Origin: an uncultured Colwellia sp.
GTDB taxonomy: Bacteria; Pseudomonadota; Gammaproteobacteria; Enterobacterales; Alteromonadaceae
Direction: 5' to 3'
Assembly (NCBI GenBank): GCA_913058395.1
Contig: CAJXQI010000002.1
Span: forward strand, 1 to 64,000
DNA length: 64,000 nucleotides
Below the pieces are notes generated by a model. The model saw only the letters and a program-made list of their open reading frames with translations. It ran no database searches and was not told where the DNA came from. Position 1 is the first letter of the stretch; the number at the start of each line of letters is the position of its first letter. The position numbers were made by a program, and so were the translations under genes. Shown here in pieces: positions 20,379 through 29,959 of the stretch.

Positions 20379-20768
20379 ATGAATACATCAAAAAATATAT
20401 TGGAATGTTGTGCTTCGTTATGCGAAGGCGATGGCATTTCACCACGTCATGAAAAAAACAAAGAGAATTCTGTTGTTCATGACAATAGACGGCTGTGCCG
20501 TCAGGTTCAAAAACTTGTCCGTTTAGCCATTACTGAACTTGGTTTAGATGGATGGGATATCGTAAGTGTTAAACAAAAACAGGGGAAAACTACCTTAATC
20601 TTAACTATAGCGCCAACAGAGAATGCATCATTTTCAGACTGTGAATCGGCTTTGGAGTGGCTGAGGAGCCATCAAAATGAAATAAGGTTTATTGTTGCAA
20701 ATGGTATAAACAGAAAATCAGTTCCTGCACTGCACTTTGGGCTAGTAGCGGAGGCTGATTATGAATAA
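20379..20768 (+). CDS. RbfA-like (ribosome-binding factor A fold) protein, translationally coupled to RtcB3
   Basis: RRLCRQVQKLVRLAITELG...IVSVK...TTLILTI...RKSVPALHF aligns by eye with E. coli RbfA (RVAQEMQKEIALILQREI...TVSGVEMSRD...AKVYVTF...RLRIVPELTF); 8-nt overlap with rtcB3. Confidence 0.45.
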   Translation: MNTSKNILECCASLCEGDGISPRHEKNKENSVVHDNRRLCRQVQKLVRLAITELGLDGWDIVSVKQKQGKTTLILTIAPTENASFSDCESALEWLRSHQNEIRFIVANGINRKSVPALHFGLVAEADYE

Positions 20769-21882
20769 ATCAAAAGCAAGTTATCGCCATTGGTTAAGTG
20801 AAAAGCTTAGTCCTGAATTAGATCAACAAACTAAACGTTTACTGCATGCAAAAGGTGTGAAGCATGTGAGATTAATGGCTGATGCACATCTAGCCAACGA
20901 TGTTTGTGTTGGTTGTGTTTTGGCAACTGAAAAGCTGATATATCCGGCTGCAATTGGTGGTGATATTGGGTGTGGCATGTTATCGGTGCCACTAGATATT
21001 GATGCAAACTTTATTCAAAGCCAGCAGGCTGAGTTAATTTTTAAAAACTTAACTCATATGGTTCCCATAATGAAGCAATCTCAAGGTATTTCCTTTGAGT
21101 TAGATAAAAAATTATCTAATGAAAGGTTGCAACATATCGCCTTACGAGATGGATGTTATCAATTAGGCACGTTGGGCCGAGGTAATCATTTTCTGGAGTT
21201 GCAACGATGTGTTGAGACAGGACAATTATGGTTAATGATACATACTGGGTCTCGCGGTATGGGGCCTGCAATTCGAGACTATCATTTACATCATGCCTCT
21301 GGAAAATCAGGTGGCCTTAAATACTTGGATATTGATAGTGAACAAGGAAAGGCTTACTACAACGACCTTGGGTGGGCAAGAGAATATGCCAATGCAAACA
21401 GACTGCAAATTTTAGAACGATGTAGAGCACTATTTAGTGACTTATTCTCAGTCTCGGTTGATGAAAACAGGATGATTCATTGTGATCACAACCACCTTGA
21501 TATGGCGACTCTAAATAAACAAGATCTACTAATTCACCGCAAAGGAGCATGCTCGGTAACGAAAGGAGAAACAGCAATAATTCCCGGAAGTATGGGAAGT
21601 GACAGCTTTCATGTTATTGGAAAAGGAAATGCTGATTCGCTGTTTTCTAGTTCTCATGGCGCTGGTCGATGTATGAGCAGACAACTAGCTAGGAAAACTA
21701 TCACAAGTAATAATTTGAGCAAACAACTTTCAGGTATTTACTACCAACAAGAGAAATTACGTTTGCTGACTGAAGAAGCCCCAACCAGTTACAAGAATAT
21801 TGAAAAGGTAATGTCGTTACAGAAAAAGTTAGTCAAAGTGACTAGGCGATTAAGTCCTGTTTTAAGTTACAAAGGCACTTAA
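20761..21882 (+). CDS. rtcB: RtcB-family RNA ligase, third paralogue (RtcB3, 373 aa)
   Basis: GGDIGCGM, GRGNHFLE and HTGSRG motifs. Confidence 0.85.
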   Translation: MNKSKASYRHWLSEKLSPELDQQTKRLLHAKGVKHVRLMADAHLANDVCVGCVLATEKLIYPAAIGGDIGCGMLSVPLDIDANFIQSQQAELIFKNLTHMVPIMKQSQGISFELDKKLSNERLQHIALRDGCYQLGTLGRGNHFLELQRCVETGQLWLMIHTGSRGMGPAIRDYHLHHASGKSGGLKYLDIDSEQGKAYYNDLGWAREYANANRLQILERCRALFSDLFSVSVDENRMIHCDHNHLDMATLNKQDLLIHRKGACSVTKGETAIIPGSMGSDSFHVIGKGNADSLFSSSHGAGRCMSRQLARKTITSNNLSKQLSGIYYQQEKLRLLTEEAPTSYKNIEKVMSLQKKLVKVTRRLSPVLSYKGT

Positions 21883-21889
21883 ACCGTAT

Positions 21890-21925
21890 TGAAGTAGGCT
21901 AGAAATACTAGCCTACTTTTTTATA
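21890..21925. terminator. rho-independent terminator (AGTAGGCTAG..CTAGCCTACT followed by TTTTTT)
   Basis: Perfect 10-bp stem followed by a T-run. Confidence 0.6.
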
Positions 21926-22749
21926 GTAATGACTTTTTTTCTCCGCTTTAATTTTAGGTCGTACTTTTTAAGTTTTTTGCCTGTAGAAGAAATAGTGATG
22001 TACCCTTGAAGCTCACATACGTCATGAGCACTATCATCAGTTGAAGACAAAATATCAGCAGTAGCATATATAGATGCTGTATTTTTAGTGGTGAAGTCTA
22101 ATTTTTTCAGTTCAATTCCGTCACACCAAAGATCCCTAGTTTCAGGGTTAATTGAAAGGTAATTACCTAAAAACCATTCAATATCCGATGGTAAAAATCC
22201 AAGACTAGAATCAGCTAAGCCTTCTTTAATAACGTAAAGCCCTGCGGCTACTTTTCTTTCATGACGTCTTGCATTGTTTTTTAATATGCGTTTGCAAGTA
22301 AATCTACGTTGTAAATTTTTTGAGCAATACATAAAGAATTCTACGTTGGGATCAGGCTCTAAAGTAGCTTCACGAACAATTTCATTCTCTAAAATTACCT
22401 CTAATTTAAGCTCAGAAACTTTGTATTCTTTATAACTATTATATTCACTATCTAATGTTGCTTTTGGTAATAGACCAACAAGACTTTCTTCCGATAACCC
22501 AATAAGCGACTCATCATAAATACAAAAGTCACTGGATGTGATTTTTATACGATCGAGTCTAAATTCATAGAATGAATCGAATTCAAGCTTTAAACCTAGT
22601 TTGTCATAACACCAAACTTCAGGCATGCAATCATCTTCTTTAGCATTCTGGTTTTTTATTTGTTCTGGTATACCAATAATTGATTGAACTTCCGCTCGAT
22701 TCATACCGAAAGTAATATTGCCAATACCGAATAAAGGACTAATTTTCAT
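21913..22749 (-). CDS. hypothetical protein (278 aa) within the RNA-repair cluster
   Basis: ORF only; lysine-rich C-terminus. Confidence 0.45.
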   Translation of the reverse strand: MKISPLFGIGNITFGMNRAEVQSIIGIPEQIKNQNAKEDDCMPEVWCYDKLGLKLEFDSFYEFRLDRIKITSSDFCIYDESLIGLSEESLVGLLPKATLDSEYNSYKEYKVSELKLEVILENEIVREATLEPDPNVEFFMYCSKNLQRRFTCKRILKNNARRHERKVAAGLYVIKEGLADSSLGFLPSDIEWFLGNYLSINPETRDLWCDGIELKKLDFTTKNTASIYATADILSSTDDSAHDVCELQGYITISSTGKKLKKYDLKLKRRKKVITIKK

Positions 22750-22844
22750 TTTAATTTAGCTAGGTGCTAAAGAGAGTTTTTTAAGATAAACCAATGTACC
22801 ATTTAACTTTTTATTATCAATAGAAACTATGATTTTAGATATTG

Positions 22845-23435
22845 TTAGGGTTTTCTATTAGCTCGTTTGTATTTAGCTTGGTATTCACGCCTCTGCTTCG
22901 TAACTTCATAAAGCACTATCCCCGTGGTTGTGGCTAAATTTAAGCTCTCAATCATTCCAAACATTGGTATTGATATGCAGGATTCACTTCTTTCAACAAC
23001 AATATCGCTTACACCACGAGATTCATTACCAAACCAAACAGCAAGTTTTGGTTGAGTATAATCAGCCTCGTGAAGCACATAGTTTTCCTTCCCCTTTATA
23101 TGAGGTGACGTCACTAAAGATATAAATCTATTTTTCTCAAGATGTTCTAAGCATTCTTCAGTGCTATTAAAGCGCTTAACAAAAGTCCATTTCGAAGCTG
23201 AAACAGATATTTTTGAAAGTGATTTACGTTCTCTCAATTCTTCCCAATCATCAGGTAGGGATTGCCTAGAATCTACAACGTAAATTTTTTCTACGCCAAG
23301 TGCATTGGCATTTCTAATCACAGAGCCTATGTTTTTTATATCCATAGGATTCTCTAGGACAGCGATTAAATTTTTACATTGGTATTCTTTAATTTCATCC
23401 GCCCGTTGGCGAATGGTACTCTTTGAATTATTCAT
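22845..23435 (-). CDS. SpoU/TrmH-family RNA 2'-O-ribose methyltransferase
   Basis: LIAVLENPMDIKNIGSVIRNANALGVEKIYVV (SPOUT motif 1) and C-terminal knot motifs. Confidence 0.8.
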   Translation of the reverse strand: MNNSKSTIRQRADEIKEYQCKNLIAVLENPMDIKNIGSVIRNANALGVEKIYVVDSRQSLPDDWEELRERKSLSKISVSASKWTFVKRFNSTEECLEHLEKNRFISLVTSPHIKGKENYVLHEADYTQPKLAVWFGNESRGVSDIVVERSESCISIPMFGMIESLNLATTTGIVLYEVTKQRREYQAKYKRANRKP

Positions 23436-23478
23436 ATTCTCTCGGTTCTGCGGTAAAAAGCCAAATAGAAATTAACAG

Positions 23479-23961
23479 CTACAATCCTATACGTTCCATT
23501 TCTGCCATTGATTTAAGATTCATTTTTTCCAGCTTTTCATAATTTTTATTTTTTGAAAATATAGGTGTGATGTACCCGTCTTCATGACTATAAGTCATGC
23601 ACCATGCGAAATTTTTAGGAAATATATGAACTTCATTCCCATGACAGTTTTTAATAGGCTTGGTTCTTGACACGTAAATTACCTTTTCATTTTCACCAAA
23701 GTTGTCTTCCATAATGTAGTAGCTAGGTGCTGCATGACGTTCATACTTTTCCTGTGCTTCTTCTTGAAAGAAATCTCCAGTCATATTCTCCCACAAAGTG
23801 TTCATACAGTACTTTAAGCCTCGAAAAGAAGTAATTGAAGGGCAAAAAATAGTGAGCCACTTTTGCCCAATGATTAGCGCTTTATCATCTTCAATGGATT
23901 CGTATTTTTGAATAGATAAATCTTTAATTACTTTGGGTGTTTTCATAGCTATTTCTTCCAA
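23479..23961 (-). CDS. hypothetical protein (160 aa)
   Basis: ORF only. Confidence 0.4.
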   Translation of the reverse strand: MEEIAMKTPKVIKDLSIQKYESIEDDKALIIGQKWLTIFCPSITSFRGLKYCMNTLWENMTGDFFQEEAQEKYERHAAPSYYIMEDNFGENEKVIYVSRTKPIKNCHGNEVHIFPKNFAWCMTYSHEDGYITPIFSKNKNYEKLEKMNLKSMAEMERIGL

Positions 23962-23998
23962 TAAATGTCATACCTTCGAACACATCAAAACCATTAAA

Positions 23999-24019
23999 AA
24001 ATCACCCGCATGTGGCGGG
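23999..24019 (-). terminator. rho-independent terminator after the nucleotidyltransferase gene (CACCCGC ACAT GCGGGTG followed by a T-run on the minus strand)
   Basis: Hairpin seen in sequence. Confidence 0.55.
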
Positions 24020-24025
24020 TGGTTT

Positions 24026-24847
24026 CTAATTTGACTGTAATACCTCAAGAAATAACTCATTCAAAACATCAAACCCAACAGTTCTCTCGTTAGACTTTTC
24101 ACCATACCTTTCAAGACGTTCAAGTTCAGCTTCAATGAACTTATTGAGTACTGGTATTGCTGGCGCGACTTCTTTCTCTAGGCTAACTCGCTTGCGTTCC
24201 AATAATTTAGATATTTCTGCATCAAGTAGCTTATCGTCTGCAACCAACGTTCTTAGCTGATCAAAAACTATAGGCGCAGGCTCGTTGTACTTCTCTATCC
24301 ATTTAATGGCTAATAACGGTCGTAGTACGTAAAAGTACTTTTTGAGCGGCACCATGTCGCTTTTCAAATACCCACGATAGTTAGTCTTAGCCATACTACG
24401 GTAGTGATAAACTCCTTTTGCATTGGAATAGACACTTGTTATCAAATCTCTAGCTTTTGCGGCAAAATGATTATCATCAACATACACGATTGGCGACTGT
24501 AACCATTCAACTATGGCAGGGTTGGATTTCCAAAAAAGCTTTAATGCTTTTCGGATATCCCAGCCATTGATATCTATCTCATCAACAATCGGATATTCGA
24601 TAACATCACGTTTGTCTTCAAGGTTAACCGCTAAGTACCAGTCTTTAGGATGAGCATATATAAACCTAACATCAAAATCGCTATTTGGAGATTCAAATCC
24701 CCATGCGCGGCTACCAGACTCAATAGCATAGAGTATTTTGACTCCATGCTCGGCTTCTGCCGCCTTTATTCTGCGTAAGATTTCTTTTTGAACATCTTCG
24801 TCTATTTTATTCTTTTGTCTTTGTAAATTATTAGATTCCATTTTCAT
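24026..24847 (-). CDS. Pol-beta-superfamily nucleotidyltransferase (RlaP-like; predicted RNA-repair associated)
   Basis: ESGSRAWGFESPNSDFDVRFIY: GS...D.D NTase catalytic motif; sits immediately after cca with zero intergenic gap. Confidence 0.55.
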   Translation of the reverse strand: MKMESNNLQRQKNKIDEDVQKEILRRIKAAEAEHGVKILYAIESGSRAWGFESPNSDFDVRFIYAHPKDWYLAVNLEDKRDVIEYPIVDEIDINGWDIRKALKLFWKSNPAIVEWLQSPIVYVDDNHFAAKARDLITSVYSNAKGVYHYRSMAKTNYRGYLKSDMVPLKKYFYVLRPLLAIKWIEKYNEPAPIVFDQLRTLVADDKLLDAEISKLLERKRVSLEKEVAPAIPVLNKFIEAELERLERYGEKSNERTVGFDVLNELFLEVLQSN

Positions 24848-26116
24848 CTACCTAAGAGCTATCCGCTCATTTTCTGTTTTACTCTCTGCTAAAAAAACAC
24901 GTAAAGACTTTATTTCAGCTTCACGTACAGCACCACCTATATCAGGGCCTTTTTTTCCTTGTGAAATTGCCAATTGTACAGCGGCTTTTTTATCCAACTG
25001 AGTTAACGCGTTTAGTAATGATTGCGCTAATAACAATTGTGGGTAAGCTCTATTAACAAAGGTTTCTCCTCTGCCTTGAGCATCACATAAACATGCTTGG
25101 AGAAACTGCTTAAAACGTATTGGATGCTCTAGTGCGTTCATATTTTCAATGATTAATTTGTGCAATTTTTTTGGCGTAAGCTCAAATAGCTTGTGGCATC
25201 TTGTATGATTATCACTGGTTAAGATGGCTAACGCTTTCAATCGATTGGGCACTTTTAGCCGTTCACAAAATGCTTCAATAACTGCAATACCTTCATGTTC
25301 ATGACCTAGCAAATTTCCTCGTTCTTGATGGCAATAAGCTTTACCAAAATCATGAGTTAATGCTGCAAATCGAGTGTCAATATCAAAACTTAAATCCGCT
25401 GCTCGCTTCACAACGAGCATTGTATGTGTATAAACATCACCTTCTGGGTGATGGTTTTCAGGCTGTGGTACACCTACCATTGCTTCTAATTCTGGGAATA
25501 TTCCTAACCCGTTAAGCGCTTCAAAAAATAATTGCGGATGTTTTTCACCAAGCGCTTTTTCAGTTTCTTTCCATACACGCTCAGACACTAAATGAGTTAA
25601 TTCACCATTATCCCTAAGCTGTTTCATAAGCGCATATGTATCAGGATGAATTGTCCATTCTTCACCGTACCGGGCTAGAAAGCGAGCAACACGCAGTACA
25701 CGCACAGGGTCTTCTGCAAAAGCATTAGTTGTGTGTCTTAATACCTTATTTTTTAAATCTGTTTGGCCATTAAAAGGGTCGATAACTTTGCCATCACCAT
25801 TTAACGCCATTGAATTTATGGTTAAATCGCGTCTAGCTAAATCTTCTTCTAAAGTAACGGATGTGCTGGCGTCTACTGCAAAACCTGTATACCCCTTACC
25901 ATTTTTTCGCTCTTTACGTGCTAAGGCATATTCATCTTTAGTTTCTGGGTGCAAGAAAACAGGAAAATCACTTCCGACGGATTGAAAACCTAGTGATGCC
26001 ATTGTTTCTGTTGTTTCACCCACAACAACATAATCTTGGTCTTTTGATTTATGGCCAAGTAACGAGTCCCTAACTGCGCCTCCTACTAAATAGACATTTT
26101 CCAATTTCTTATTCAT
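24848..26116 (-). CDS. cca: multifunctional CCA tRNA nucleotidyltransferase with HD phosphohydrolase domain
   Basis: NVYLVGGAVRDSLLG...DQDYVV head domain; HD domain (HTMLV...LTHDFGK). Confidence 0.9.
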   Translation of the reverse strand: MNKKLENVYLVGGAVRDSLLGHKSKDQDYVVVGETTETMASLGFQSVGSDFPVFLHPETKDEYALARKERKNGKGYTGFAVDASTSVTLEEDLARRDLTINSMALNGDGKVIDPFNGQTDLKNKVLRHTTNAFAEDPVRVLRVARFLARYGEEWTIHPDTYALMKQLRDNGELTHLVSERVWKETEKALGEKHPQLFFEALNGLGIFPELEAMVGVPQPENHHPEGDVYTHTMLVVKRAADLSFDIDTRFAALTHDFGKAYCHQERGNLLGHEHEGIAVIEAFCERLKVPNRLKALAILTSDNHTRCHKLFELTPKKLHKLIIENMNALEHPIRFKQFLQACLCDAQGRGETFVNRAYPQLLLAQSLLNALTQLDKKAAVQLAISQGKKGPDIGGAVREAEIKSLRVFLAESKTENERIALR

Positions 26117-26180
26117 TACTTTTCCATTACCTTCTTTATTAGATTTGGCAATCCGCTTTTTTGATTAATATTTATTAATC

Positions 26181-27215
26181 TTACTCTAGTGAAACCCTCC
26201 ACAATGTATCAGTTAATTGCTTCAACAGGATCTCTTTTCCTAAAAGTTGTTTAATAACATCAACATTGGTCGATGTATGCAAGCTTGGCTTTGTTGTTGT
26301 AAAACTTCCACTTCCCGCCAACGCAATCAATAATAACAATTGATCGGCTAAGTGCTCTTCAACAGCAGCTTGAGCATAAATATACTTATTTACTCTCCCA
26401 GCAGCCCGTTTTGCTACTCTTTCTGCCGAAACACCCAACTCGCCAACAACCTCAAATACATTGCGATGTGTTTTACTATCAATACATAACTGAAAACTAT
26501 TACCTGGGCCAGGGGTAGTGACTTCCTGAACTTGACCTAAAGCATCCTGCCAATCAAGAATTTCCTGAGCCTTTGTAATTTCTCTTTGCCCTATACTTGC
26601 TGGCAGTAAGCTTATCAGAGCATTAAGAGAGCAATTATCCATATCACTAGCAAAATCACATCCTGCATCAGTCAAATGAATTGGCTTTAATGCTTGGGTT
26701 GGCTCAATAACAATTTGCCATTTACCACCGCCAGCAGGATAAAAACCTAACGTAGAAATACGAACGTTGCAGTTCACTCCCATACTTTTTAACACAGGCA
26801 AAAATGATTGTTCCAAAAAACTCAATGAAGGAGACATACCATTATGTGTACCCCCCTCAAATGTAATCGTTGAACTTCCCTTTGCTAATGCCAATACGGG
26901 TAAAATAGTCTGACACACGAGAACCGTACTTCCTGCGGTGCCAATGGCAAATTGAAAATTGCCTGACTTAACTTTCCCAGGAGAAAATCTGATGCGAGTT
27001 GAGCCAAGTTCAACACCTTCTGTAATAGCACCACAAATTTCTTGTGCTGCTAAAACGGAAGTTAAATGTTGACGTAACAAGCCTGTTTTCTTTCTTCCTG
27101 CTCTGATATTTATCAGTTCGATGTTTTGCTGAGTAAAAATAGATAGTGTTAGTGCCGTCCTTAGCACCTGACCACCACCTTCTCCTTGTGAACCATCGAT
27201 TATCATGTATTTCAT
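26181..27215 (-). CDS. rtcA: RNA 3'-terminal phosphate cyclase
   Basis: IIDGSQGEGGGQVLRTALTLS signature. Confidence 0.9.
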   Translation of the reverse strand: MKYMIIDGSQGEGGGQVLRTALTLSIFTQQNIELINIRAGRKKTGLLRQHLTSVLAAQEICGAITEGVELGSTRIRFSPGKVKSGNFQFAIGTAGSTVLVCQTILPVLALAKGSSTITFEGGTHNGMSPSLSFLEQSFLPVLKSMGVNCNVRISTLGFYPAGGGKWQIVIEPTQALKPIHLTDAGCDFASDMDNCSLNALISLLPASIGQREITKAQEILDWQDALGQVQEVTTPGPGNSFQLCIDSKTHRNVFEVVGELGVSAERVAKRAAGRVNKYIYAQAAVEEHLADQLLLLIALAGSGSFTTTKPSLHTSTNVDVIKQLLGKEILLKQLTDTLWRVSLE

Positions 27216-27240
27216 TATTTATCCTTCATAATCGTTAACA

Positions 27241-28464
27241 TTAACCTTTAACGCATACTATCTGTTTCAAGGTGTATACTACTTCAACAAGATCCTTTTG
27301 TGCTTCCATCACCTTTTCAATATCTTTGTATGCGTGCGGTATTTCATCAATTACTGAGGCATCCTTTCTACACTCCACACCTTCTGTCGCTGCAATTTGA
27401 TCATCAACGTTATAGACCTTTTTTGCCTTTGTTCTAGACATTACTCTACCTGCACCGTGACTACAGCTATTGAAACTTTCAGGATTTCCTAAACCTCTTA
27501 CAATAAATGATTTAGCCCCCATACTGCCGGGAATAATGCCCATTTCACCTTTTTCAGCACGAACTGCGCCTTTTCTTGTGACATAACAATCCTTACCAAA
27601 GTGATGCTCACGCGAGATATAGTTATGATGACAATTTACTGCTAAATCAGCCGTTGAAAACTCAATAGGTAATTGCTTTCTTAGAGCGGCAATAGCATTG
27701 AACATCATTATTTCACGATTCTTTAAAGCAAAGTCTTGTGCCCACTCAACAGCTTCAACATAATCATCAAAATAGTCACTTCCTTCTTCAAGGTAAGCCA
27801 AGTCCATATCTGGCAAATTAATTTGATGACGTTGCATTTCTTTTTTCGCTAACTCGATAAAGTAAGTACCAATTCTATTCCCAACTCCACGACTACCTGA
27901 ATGCAACATGATCCAAACCGCATCATTTTCATCTAGGCAAAGCTCTAAGAAATGATTTCCAGTACCCATAGTACCTAAATGCTTCACATTATTACTTTTT
28001 TTAATGGCTGGATGTTTTTCACAAATCCGTTCAAATCTCGCCTGTAACTTCAACCACTCACCCGCAACTACATCAGGTACGTTATGCCAAGAACCTCTAT
28101 CTGCTCGGCCTCTACCACTAGTTCGTCCATGTGGGACAGCAGCTTCAAAAGCATGTCTTATCGCAGATAAATTATCTGGCAACTGACTGGCTGTTAATGT
28201 TGTTTTGGTAGCGACCATACCACAACCAATATCTACACCAACTGCTGCTGGAATTACTGCTTCCACTGATGGGATAACACTTCCAATAGTCGCACCTTTA
28301 CCTAGATGTACATCAGGCATTACCGCGATATGTGAATGAACCAATGGCATAGTCGCAATGTTATTTAGCTGTTGCTGAGCTTGCTCTTCAAATGGAACAC
28401 CTTTAGTCCATGCTTTGATTGTCGCTCTTCCTTCATTTTCAATAACGTTATAATTTCTACACAT
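27241..28464 (-). CDS. rtcB: RtcB RNA ligase (canonical, 407 aa)
   Basis: MPDVHLGKG, GVDIGCGM and GTGNHFLE motifs. Confidence 0.9.
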   Translation of the reverse strand: MCRNYNVIENEGRATIKAWTKGVPFEEQAQQQLNNIATMPLVHSHIAVMPDVHLGKGATIGSVIPSVEAVIPAAVGVDIGCGMVATKTTLTASQLPDNLSAIRHAFEAAVPHGRTSGRGRADRGSWHNVPDVVAGEWLKLQARFERICEKHPAIKKSNNVKHLGTMGTGNHFLELCLDENDAVWIMLHSGSRGVGNRIGTYFIELAKKEMQRHQINLPDMDLAYLEEGSDYFDDYVEAVEWAQDFALKNREIMMFNAIAALRKQLPIEFSTADLAVNCHHNYISREHHFGKDCYVTRKGAVRAEKGEMGIIPGSMGAKSFIVRGLGNPESFNSCSHGAGRVMSRTKAKKVYNVDDQIAATEGVECRKDASVIDEIPHAYKDIEKVMEAQKDLVEVVYTLKQIVCVKG

Positions 28465-28553
28465 TATTTTTTCCTTAATTCTCTTCTACTTTTTAGTAAG
28501 CGGGCTACAGCTAATTCTGTAGCCCTTTGTCTTATGTTTGCGTTATGTGCTGG

Positions 28554-29708
28554 CTAGGCTATTTTTACTACGCCATTCATCAAGCCTTCCAAACCACCGT
28601 AGACGGTTAAGCTATCAATTCTCTCGGCTACTTTTTCAAGTGCTTCTAACTCTTTTAAGCGCATCAGCGTAGGGTTGTTTTCCATTACCTTCGCTGTGTT
28701 ATGCAAGCTTCTAGTCGCTGAAGTTTCTTCACGCCTTTTGATCACATTAGCTTCAGCCGCTTTTTGCGCTTCTACTACCTGATTTAATATTGCTTTCATT
28801 TCACCGGGTAAAATGATGTCCTTCACACCAACACTCAAAAGAGATATACCAATGTCTGCCAAACGCTCAACCACTAGTTCTTTTACTGTTTCATTGACAT
28901 ACAATTTATCCAAAAGGATATCATCTAATGATTTAGTACCAACCGCTTCTCTTAAAGCTAATTGCAGAGTTTTATAAACAAAATCATCTACTTTATCGAC
29001 ACTACGTGCCGCAAGCTCAGCGTCATGCACTTTAATGTTCGCACTTAAATTTATTCGCAAACTTACTCTGTCTTTACTCAGGATTTCCTGTCCAGAAATC
29101 TCAAGCAATTGTGTTCTGCAATCAAAAGACTTTAACTCAATGGCATGGTTAAACTGCCAAAAACCATGCTGACCAGGCACTAACCTTTTGATCAATTGTC
29201 CATTAACATACAACAAACCGACATGATCTTTAGCGACATTCAAATCAGCAATAGGCTTCACTGCGACTGTTCGCTCACTTCTTATCAATCGTGTCGATGT
29301 ATTTGCACCAGCCCGATTAATTAAGAAAAGTGTTTTATCATCTACATCTATATTTTCATCAATAGACAATTTTTCTAATCTTATTTCGCCAGCATCTTTC
29401 CATAGATATAAATGCTCGCTTGGCGCAACTACACCTCTAAGCAAGTCGTTAACATACAACATACCTACCTCGGTACTGTCTAGTTTCCAGTGAGAAATAT
29501 GCTCATTTAATTCTTTATGATTTCGGTATAACCTTTCTGCATTTTTTTCTGAAAAATACAGCGTATTGATATCAAAAGTGACAAAGTCTAGCTCATTCTT
29601 GATATCCCAAATTTTGTGTTTTCCTGGTGTTAGTACTCTGTCTAGTTCTTGATTTTTAAACACCAAAACTCTTTGATTTTCTGCTACTAATTTAGTTTTT
29701 CTAAACAT
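28554..29708 (-). CDS. SPFH/Band-7 (slipin-like) domain protein without TM anchor; first gene of the sigma-54 rtc operon
   Basis: C-terminal half shows a Band-7 profile (VGVKDIILPGEMKAILNQVVEAQKAAEAN); N-terminal half has an internal repeat. Confidence 0.7.
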   Translation of the reverse strand: MFRKTKLVAENQRVLVFKNQELDRVLTPGKHKIWDIKNELDFVTFDINTLYFSEKNAERLYRNHKELNEHISHWKLDSTEVGMLYVNDLLRGVVAPSEHLYLWKDAGEIRLEKLSIDENIDVDDKTLFLINRAGANTSTRLIRSERTVAVKPIADLNVAKDHVGLLYVNGQLIKRLVPGQHGFWQFNHAIELKSFDCRTQLLEISGQEILSKDRVSLRINLSANIKVHDAELAARSVDKVDDFVYKTLQLALREAVGTKSLDDILLDKLYVNETVKELVVERLADIGISLLSVGVKDIILPGEMKAILNQVVEAQKAAEANVIKRREETSATRSLHNTAKVMENNPTLMRLKELEALEKVAERIDSLTVYGGLEGLMNGVVKIA

Positions 29709-29800
29709 CTTTAATTTCCTTATTTAATCCTCTTTCGAGGAGGTGTTAGTAAGGGTTGAATACTTATTTGATAAAGGCCCAAAACTTTATTGTTATGGGG

Positions 29801-29816
29801 AGCATCCTGCTTGCCA
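29801..29816 (-). promoter_or_regulatory. sigma-54 (-24/-12) promoter candidate for the SPFH-rtcB-rtcA-cca operon
   Basis: Minus strand reads TGGCAA-GCAGG-ATGCT versus consensus TGGCAC-N5-TTGCW; about 95 nt upstream of the SPFH start; divergent RtcR is a sigma-54 activator. Confidence 0.4.
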
Positions 29817-29888
29817 GTACTTATTAGTTCTTGGCGTTTATCAAACATTGGTACTAACTACTTACTAACGTTTCATTACATATCATCG

Positions 29889-29959
29889 TATAAAGGGTGG
29901 GAATTGAACCCACAACAAACGGGTTAAAGCCGCTGCTCTACCAATTGAGCTACCTGTAT
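29889..29959 (-). ncRNA. tRNA-like element 1 (71 nt, no CCA, acceptor mismatch, anticodon loop reads UUA if 7-nt)
   Basis: Folds by eye: acceptor ATACAGG/CCTTTAT (1 mismatch), D-arm GCTC-AATTGGTA-GAGC, T-arm GTGGG-TTCAATT-CCCAC; conserved U8 A9 G18G19 TTC. Confidence 0.5.

Noticed and set aside
20325-20768. Archease (the usual RtcB partner) for the small ORF upstream of rtcB3
   Set aside because: No archease-like N-terminal DHTAD-type motif or length fit. The sequence aligns much better with RbfA, and the first 18 codons of the track ORF are hydrophobic read-through with no RBS logic, so the start was moved to 20379.
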